In this document: positions 55,501 to 64,000 of the stretch, piece by piece | Layout of the letters: the number at the start of each line of letters is the position of its first letter | Position numbering within the stretch: the stretch's first letter is position 1 | Assembly (NCBI GenBank): GCA_951406725.2 | Contig: OX597825.1 | Coordinates: 3,472,001 to 3,536,000, forward strand | Length of the DNA stretch: 64,000 bases | Origin: Octopus vulgaris | Taxonomy: Eukaryota | Direction: 5' to 3' | The notes under the pieces: generated by a model | Told to the model about the DNA's origin: nothing | The model's input: the letters and a program-made list of their open reading frames with translations, nothing else | The model's database searches: none | Made by a program: the position numbers and the translations under genes

Positions 55501-56573
55501 ACAGAGTTAAATATAATGTTCAATATTTGTGCACTTATACCACAAAAGTACGACCTTACACACACACACACACACTCTCTCTCTCTCCCTATATATATAT
55601 ATATATATATAATATTTATTTAATGTTTATATATGTATATAACTATATATTTAAAAGATATTGAACACACTATTTTAAAAGTTCAATTTTAACCACTAAA
55701 TATAAAAAATGATATTGACTTGCAAATTTAAATAACATCATAAATATTCTGCTTTGTAGAATGACATCAATACATTTTTGAAATTTTGGATTAGAAGTGA
55801 ATGCGTAACTTATACTCTGAGCGATGTGACAGTTGTCAGCTCAATATACAATGATTTTCTAATGCTCTCACTTCTAATTATTCTGTGTAACAGCTGGTGG
55901 CATATGTTCATGTTAAAAATAAGTTATATATACTTAAGTTTAACTGCTTAGAATCACCTCCTCTGTCGTTATATTGCGCGTGCACGAACAGGTTCTACAC
56001 ATATGCACACATATTCAGACATACTCTAAAGCCATATGTATACATATATGTGTATGTCTGGGTCGAGCGTTGGTGGCATTGCGTGCATATATGTATAGAT
56101 TTCTGAACCGTGATATCATGAGTATACACCATGATGTAAGTGCTTCCTCGCGCATATTTTCACTTGAAATATGTGTGTGTGTGTGAGTGTGTGCATGTGT
56201 CCATATGCGTATGTATGCATACTAAATAATGACAGTCAAAAATCGATAATGTATGTGTAAAATAAATCTTGCGCATAGATAGAGAAAGCACTGACACACT
56301 GAGGCACAGTCAGAGGCACGCACAAGCGAACACAAGTTACACATATTCATACGCAAAGTAACAACGCACACACCATAAAAAAACAAAAACAACACGCAAT
56401 ATCAATCACACTACTAAAACGTATAGATGTAATAACAGGAATACTTTGGATGCATTCATGCTTTCATGATGTTCAAACCAATAGCGAAAGAAATGCTGGC
56501 TATCATAGAACTATTGCCGACTTGTCCCTTTCTTTTCCATAGTAAATTTGTCTGAAGCTACGTGAAAGCAAAC

Positions 56574-56695
56574 CTGAACATCATTGTTGAAAAACCAGAA
56601 TTGCAGCCGCAGACTGTATATTTGTTTATCACTTTCTTTCGCATAGAAATATTCTTCTGTATTAGACCTTTCAAAGCCAAAAGCCAAGAATATAA
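56574..56695 (-). CDS. Internal exon IFLAFGFERSNTEEYFYAKESDKQIYSLRLQFWFFNNDVQ
   Basis: Strong acceptor cttctttatgttttAG and donor CAG|GTTTGC. 122 nt open, phase 1 to 0. Confidence 0.65.
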
Positions 56696-57751
56696 CTAAA
56701 ACATAAAGAAGCATATAACGGAAATGCTGAAGGCTTGTACAGTCATGGAACTACTATTGAAGTTTTGGTTTGTGATTGCATTTGAATAGCATGATATTCA
56801 CTATTAAATACAATTCTTTAAACTTGAGAAGAATCAGACTTACTGGCAGTTCTGAAGCTGTAAAGAAACTGAATTAATAATTTCACAAGCAAAATAATAT
56901 CAGTTGTGCAAAATTCAGTTTATATATGTTGTTGTTTGTTATTGTTTCCAATATTATAATATAACCAAATTTGTATGATGAGATAATGAGTAGATATATA
57001 ATTCATGAGTCACATGACATTATATATCTTTTACTGCTACTGCTTCGTATAACGTAATGACTTCTACATTTTTTATTATCTCATGAGCTACCGTGTGATA
57101 GCTATTGTCTCTTCATATCTGCATATAACATACGAATTATTTTACATTAGCTAACATGATTTAATCTCATATTTCTCTCCTCGCTTCCGTCCTGAGACTA
57201 CTTAAATATGTAACTCAGAATATCATTAGACAGCAGAAATCTGAAATGTGTGCTTCTAATTTTTTTATATATTATGTGTGTCATCAGTAACCACAGTGAT
57301 TGTTCGCATTCTCAGGTGCTTTATATTGTGATCAAGTACACTTCAGACTTTAACAAAGATGAGTTAAATTGTATGACAGTGTCTATTCTTAAACTATAAT
57401 ATATAGTCGCAGATGTGTCTGAGTGCGTCTGTGTGTGTGTGTACATGTATGCATGGATGCATGCATTTTTGCGCGTTCATGTTTCATAATGGTGTGTTGG
57501 TGCGACTGGGTCCCTTAACTTAAAAGCTCGGTAAAAGGAACCGATAGTATGATTGCCAGGTTTCATAAAATGTAACTACTAGGGTCCATTCTTCCGACTG
57601 AATATGATAGAAGGTGGCGAGCGAGCATGACCACATTCTAATGACTGAAACATGCATAAGATAGTTACGTATATGCGTACATACATACACTAATTCATAA
57701 ATGCATACATTCATGCATACATGAATACATAGGTAGATGCATACATATATA

Positions 57752-57804
<53 letters not shown>

Positions 57805-58225
57805 GTTCATACATACATATATACGTACATACATACACACATACATACATACATATATACATACATACATATATACATACATACAAGATAAACCTTTGAA
57901 TGTTTCACCAGTAACATTCTAAGAGAAAGAGCGTTAGTAAAGGTTGGAAAATATCGCAAGGTAAAAAATTATTTGAACCCCAGTGAGATGCTGCCTTGTA
58001 CAGGAATACGATTAGGATCACACCCAGGTGAAGATATCGTGCTTGGGATAATCTAGCTACAACGCAATCAAACGAACCAATTGAAAATTAAGAATAGCCT
58101 GAGTCTTAATTAAAATTAAATCGTTGATAGAAGTCTGGGTCAAACTTTGCTGCCAGTCAGTTGAGTATGACTATACACACGCTGGTATATATATATATAC
58201 AAACACACACACATATATATATGTG

Positions 58226-58623
58226 TCAGGTCATCCCATAAATTCTGTCCGATTTTACCTATTTTAAAATTGAATGAAATATAATAGTATTTTAGAATGT
58301 TTAATGGAATTGAAAGTTATTTTTAATTATTTGTGTACATTGAAACTAATTTTTTACTAATTATTTTACAGAATAATAGAATTTAAATTTCTTTGATTAA
58401 AACCCTTGCTACCATGGAAGTATCGAATGAGCATTTAAGCCACATAATGATTCATGAGTACAAAAAGGAAATTCTGAAGTCGAACCCGCGTGAAACATGC
58501 GCTCAATTTCTGGGAAAGAATCCTTGAATTAAAGAACTTGCCGAAGATTGTTTGCAAAATTCAGAAGTGGAGATTTTAGTATTGAAGAGGAAGATCGAAC
58601 AGGAAGTCCACTGGAGTTTGATG
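58226..58623 (+). mobile_element. Mariner 5' end (TIR region plus transposase N-terminus), truncated
   Basis: ATG at 58414 gives MEVSNEHLSHIMIHEYKK, then FAKFRSGDFSIEEEDRTGSPLEFD, the mariner HTH and linker motif WFxKFRSGDFxLEDxxRSGRP. Confidence 0.85.
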
Positions 58624-58655
<32 letters not shown>

Positions 58656-59224
58656 ACACGCAGACACATGCACAGATAGGTATTTACACAAACACACACA
58701 CACACAAAACGAATCCTTAATATGTATGCTGCTTTGTTTGACCGCTATAATGCGCATATTCCATTTTATAACTTAACAGATTTCGGTTTGTTATATGCAT
58801 TTGGAACGACTATTATAGGAAGACATGTCATTGTAAGGGTTATTAATTCATTCATTCTTCTCTCCATCTTTTGTCTAATAGTCGAATAAAGAACACTTGG
58901 GTTTCAAATATGCCGCCTGCATTCAATTATCCCAAAGACATCTTCTCAGAGTAATTCTTCGAAAATGTAATGCTGGACAGGATAATTGATTACTGATTTA
59001 AATCATGACCACAAGTTTAATTGGCAATTACTGAGAGATAATCCTCTTTGCAACTCCTGTGTGTCCATTATACATCTACCAGCGAACTAGAAGATTTGCA
59101 GAGATAAAGTTCAGTAGCTCCATAGAGCAGCTGTAACAGTATTAACAAACAACACATCTACACACGATTGCAAGTCAACGTTTACTTAAATATGCGGCTG
59201 CTAATTGTATACACACATATATAT

Positions 59225-59279
<55 letters not shown>

Positions 59280-59314
59280 TAGATAGATAGAGAGAGAGAG
59301 ATAGAGAGACAGAG

Positions 59315-59391
<77 letters not shown>

Positions 59392-59579
59392 TAAAATAGA
59401 TAAATAGACAGACACAGGCAGTCTGGCAGATCGATAGATATATAGATGTAGATACATACATATATATACAGACACAGATATACACTTGGGTAAAGTTTGT
59501 TGCATAATTTTGATGCAGTTGTAACGTAACAATTATAGAGATTGTCATGCATGTAATGCAGCTATTTATACACATACAT

Positions 59580-59611
<32 letters not shown>

Positions 59612-59849
59612 GTATAAACATACATGTAACAAGATGTGCATCGTTAACAATATTTTCCCTCTGTCTTTCTTTTCCCTTGGACTATTCTTCCGTCATCCTT
59701 TCCTCTTGTATTATATTCCTGACGACGTGCTTTGCCCTAAACGTAAAACAGACTTTTATTCCTTCCCAAAGCGTCTTTAAATGCTTTGCATGCACCAAGT
59801 CCTCCTGTTGATATTTTGTGTCCTGTCTGTCCGCTTGTTTTATTATTCC

Positions 59850-59902
<53 letters not shown>

Positions 59903-59955
59903 CATCTGTATACATAGTTGTATATATAGTTATGTATATATGTGCATATATATCA

Positions 59956-60007
<52 letters not shown>

Positions 60008-60057
60008 ACATATGTTTACATAGTTGTATATATAGTTATCTGCATATATATCTACGC

Positions 60058-60167
<110 letters not shown>

Positions 60168-60242
60168 CATATACATATGTATAAGTTAATACGATAAAAT
60201 TATATGTAACAGTATTTGAGCAAGAAGATATAAACTTCATGC

Positions 60243-60453
60243 CTGAATCATAGGCGAAGTTGTTAACAGATTCTGAACTCTTATTATACATTATTTGATA
60301 TAAGGGGTGGGGGATACGTAGGCTGAGACAGAGAAAGACTGACTTGAAGAAAGAACGCAGTAATGAAATGTCATTGAGATTTCTGTCTGCAGTGAATTGT
60401 AAAAATATTTCCTTTATGTTTCCAGGCTCAGAACCCTTCATGCTCTTTGTATC
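60243..60453 (-). CDS. Candidate exon DTKSMKGSEPGNIKEIFLQFTADRNLNDISLLRSFFKSVFLCLSLRIPHPLYQIMYNKSSESVNNFAYDS
   Basis: Acceptor cattttaaAG and 70 open non-repetitive codons. A phase-1 end needs a GC donor (CAG|GCATGA) or the earlier A|GTTCAG. It could instead be decayed TE coding sequence. Confidence 0.4.
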
Positions 60454-60627
60454 CTTTAAAATGTATGTTTATTCGGGTTTACATCGTCAAAGATGCCAGT
60501 ATTTTTAGAGTAGTTTACAAATAGTCCCGAAAGCCTAAATACCTAAATTCATGTTGTTACTATTTAAACTAGTTCTGAAATAATGCTTGTGCTACACAGT
60601 TTGTTCTCTGTGTATTTTCTTGCTTAC

Positions 60628-60768
60628 GTATTTCCCCTCCTTTGTTACCATGAAATCGTCAAGTCTAGAAGTAAATAAATTCACATCAAAATCCTTTGAG
60701 GCCAGAAGCTGTTCACACTCCTCAACATTTAAGTCAGTTCTTCTCTTTTACGATTTCTCTTTCTATTT
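60628..60768 (-). CDS. Candidate exon ...TDLNVEECEQLLASKDFDVNLFTSRLDDFMVTKEGKY with an apparent 1-nt frameshift near its 5' end
   Basis: Donor TAC|GTAAGC is phase 0, matching 60453. The acceptor caaattttAG is in frame only if one base of the T4 run at 60746-60749 is removed. Confidence 0.35.
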
Positions 60769-61419
60769 CTAAAATTTGCTAATTATATTCTTATTCATTT
60801 CATTCTCTATTTTCTCTTGTATTTCATATTTATGAAATTACTTTTGTTTCTCTCTATCTCTCTATATACCTTTCGTCTTAACTGATAGTTTTTTACTCTT
60901 AACCTCTACTTCTTTGCTTTCGTTTTTCTATTCGCATAGCGTTTTTGCTTTCACTGGTGCTAATTTACACAGTTCAATAAGAAGTTATGTAAAAATATGC
61001 TACTTTTTCAATAGTCTATTACTTTGGTCTGGCAGAGCATTAAGAAATGTCATAGGTTAACTCACATTCAAATATAGCTTTCTTAAGGTTTCCTAGGTTT
61101 GTTAACCTTTGTCAACCTAACTTCAATCAAAACTGACGTATTGTTAAATACGTGGCTCCCACTCAAACACAATGTTAAATATGTTCTCTCTGGATATTTG
61201 CTACACTCTTTCTAATATAAGATATTTTGAGACTCTGGGAAGGATAGATTTTAGTATTGCATTTTAAATACATATTGTGTGAATATCGTATCTGTGGATG
61301 TTTTCTGCGGGTGTTTTGGTTTCGGAAGTGGTAAAGCTCACTGCTTTTTCTCCCGTTTTCTCGTTCCCCATTTGGTCACTTAACAATCCTCTGTGTCGTC
61401 TTCATCTGACCACATGCCA

Positions 61420-62438
61420 GAACTATCAAAAAGTTGTCCAAATTCTGGAAGAAATCGTAGTCAGTGTGGGTAAGATTAGGTGAGTATGGTGGAGAATTTG
61501 CAACTCTTTAGTTTTGCCAATGTCTTTTATGCGGTGTGTGGTCTTGCTTTGTCTTGCAATAAAATTGGACTCATTTCGGTTGCTTTTTGTAAGTTTCTGC
61601 ATCATTTGGTCCAGTTGGTTGCAGAATATTTCGGCCGAAATTGATGAGCCAGGTTTAATGAAATCATAATGGAACACGCCTGCGCTAGACCACCAAACAC
61701 ACACCATTAGATTCTTTTGAAGATTTTTTCTTTAGGGGCTGTGTTTTAGTGACCCGCCTTTTACCAACCATTGTGCTGAAAGTTTACGGTTGTTGTATTG
61801 GATCCATTCCTCATAATTTTTAACTCGACAAAAATGATTCATTTTTGTGACGAGAAAGTAGCATAATGCAGACTACCAAACGTTGCAGGTTTTGATTTTC
61901 ATTGAGCTCATGTGGAATCCACTTCTCCAACTTGTTCACCTTATTGATTTGAACTAGGTGAGTTAGTATTGTTTTCTTGCTAACATCAAACAACAACAAT
62001 AATTTACGGGCACTTTGCGATGGATCTGAATCGACGGTGGCTTTCAGTTCGTCATTATCTATCTTTGTTCCTGGTCGACCTCGATGCTCATTTGTAAGGA
62101 CAAAATGACCAGAACGAAATTTTGAAAACCCATCTGATACTATCTTCTGTGTAATAACATTAGAATTAAACACTCCATTAATATTCCGAGCTGTCTATGA
62201 TGCTGTATTTTCAGGTTAGAACTCATATTTCAAAACTCTACGAATTTCCGTCTTATCCATACCTAAACAAAATAGGAGAAAATGATTTATAAATATTTTA
62301 TGAAGCGCAAAATGAGTTAGCATTTTAAAAGATAGATGCGTCAGCTAAAGATGGTCAAAATATAACAATGACGCAAAATGAGCGGCTGTCAAAATCTAGC
62401 ATATACCTTACTACAATTCATACTTGACGACCTAACAT
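61420..62438 (-). mobile_element. Near-full-length decayed mariner element
   Basis: MDKTEIRRVLKYEF from 62260; FSKFRSGHFVLTNEHRGRP; KWIPHELNENQ; MVCVWWSSAGVFHYDFIKPGSSISAEIFCNQLDQM; PPYSPNLTHTDYDFFQNLDNF. TIR-like tgttaggtcgtcaag at ~62423-62437. Confidence 0.92.
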
Positions 62439-62479
62439 ATTAAATTTTACTCCGCTAGGAACCCTAACAATAGACTCAC

Positions 62480-62508
62480 CGTCCTTAATACTGAACTTTG
62501 GTGAGAGA
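62480..62508 (-). CDS. Candidate short exon LSPKFSIKD; the frame also extends to an ATG at 62537 (MEDMHSVLHSLSPKFSIKD)
   Basis: Acceptor ttcggttcttcacAG and consensus donor ACG|GTGAGT. The phase-1 end is compatible with 56695 or 60768. Confidence 0.4.
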
Positions 62509-64000
62509 CTGTGAAGAACCGAATGCATATCCTCCATAATTATTACATGAAACCCATAACCTCGAAATATATTTTTCACAAGAACTCAGCGTTGACACAC
62601 AAGTTGAAAAAATAAACATACTGAGAGTAGAATAAGTAGCGATAATGAACAACCTGTCCCCAATTATGAAACAAAGAAACATGCACAGAACATCATGCAC
62701 TGCATGTAATTATCTGGATATGATCAGGAAGATAGTGTTCGGGTATACAAGGGTGGTAGAAAGACTTCAGATAAAGTTATATGTAAGGAAACCAGTGGTA
62801 CCTGCTCTAGATATAGAAGTAAGGAGTGAAATACTATACAATGAGTTTGTTAAAATGCAAACTGGGTGAACATGTGGTACGAGAGCGACAAATATCAAGG
62901 AATGAAGTTTGTAGATCCTACAGCCCATGGAGAACTAGCCTGTTGATTTAGAAAAACTGTGAAGGAGACCAAATTCTACATTAAGATCGTTGGAAAGCCA
63001 AGAAGCTCCATCAGCTCATAACTATGTAGCGCATAACCCTTTGAGAATGCCACATGCACTAATGATAACTGAATGGAATGTAGCAATAACTTTGGGTTTA
63101 AATGTGGAACTAGAAATGTAGTCTAGTGCATAATGAGTATAGAAGGTGCTTGTAAAGACAAGAACATGATATACACAGGTAAGGTATTGCGGATAGACTA
63201 AAGGAACATTTGAGACAATGTGACAACAAAAAGCAGTCCTCTATACTCTACCAACAAACATGGTGGCAACCTAGGTCAACTTGATATCCGAATTTTATCC
63301 AGTTACCCGAAGGACTCAACTCTCGGAAAAATACGGTAGTACGTTTTCATAAATTAAACATCTTCAGTACTAAATAGGACATATACTTAGCAAGTAGTCG
63401 TACCCGTATACTCACAACAATTTATATATATAAATAGGTAGTATAGTAAGTGGGCAGTTATGTAGACATATGTATGCATGTGTGCGTGCGTGCGCGTCTG
63501 TTTATACAGATGTGCGTATGTGAATATATATATATATATATATATACTTATATATTTATATGCATATGTATGCAGGTAAGTGGATAGACATACAGATAGA
63601 TACTACGTTGTTAATATGAACAAGCAAGCTCACATACACACATACATACGCAAAGGAAGCCTGATACACATAGCTATACATACACACGCTTCACACAAGG
63701 ACACATATGGAGACACACATCCATACATATATATATGTATATACACGCGCACATACAGGCACACATACATACATGCACATACGCATCCATACATACATAT
63801 GTGCATGCGCACGCACACTGATCCAAACACGCGCGCACATCGAACAAAAAAGAACGCAGCTCGGATAACGGCCAGAGTCAATGGCTATCTAAAAGGCTGC
63901 CAGACGAAAATTTTAGTAAAAATAAATAAGCAAATGACTGGAAAATTTACCTGTGAATGTGTTAAATAATTAGATATTAAACGAGAATGACACTTCCCAG

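Noticed and set aside
62620-63330. Purine-rich stretch resembling decayed LINE coding sequence
   Set aside because: No diagnostic motif intact enough to call.

Overview
AT-rich eukaryotic genomic DNA, dense in microsatellites. The SINE and LINE families point to a coleoid cephalopod, probably Octopus (inference from repeat content, not searched). Almost all ORFs in the supplied track are artefacts of (TA)n, (CA)n, (AAT)n, (GAT)n and (CTT)n tracts. Manual splice-site reading gives a multi-exon protein-coding gene on the minus strand, running from about 62.5 kb or beyond to a stop at 680. Five 3' exons (18029 down to 680) and three upstream exons (56695 down to 51593) join in matching phases. 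I do not recognise the protein, and exons between about 38 and 51 kb are unresolved. The introns hold tRNA-derived SINEs, an RTE LINE 3' end, R4/Dong-like and CR1-like LINE remnants, three mariner remnants, Helitron fragments and Penelope-like elements. The most striking structure is a ~2 kb non-coding element (31652-33677) whose ~220-bp near-perfect inverted arms each contain a type I hammerhead ribozyme. A second hammerhead lies inverted beside a GIY-YIG fragment at 37.7 kb. A candidate dual-frame exon pair lies at 7.4 and 10.9 kb.
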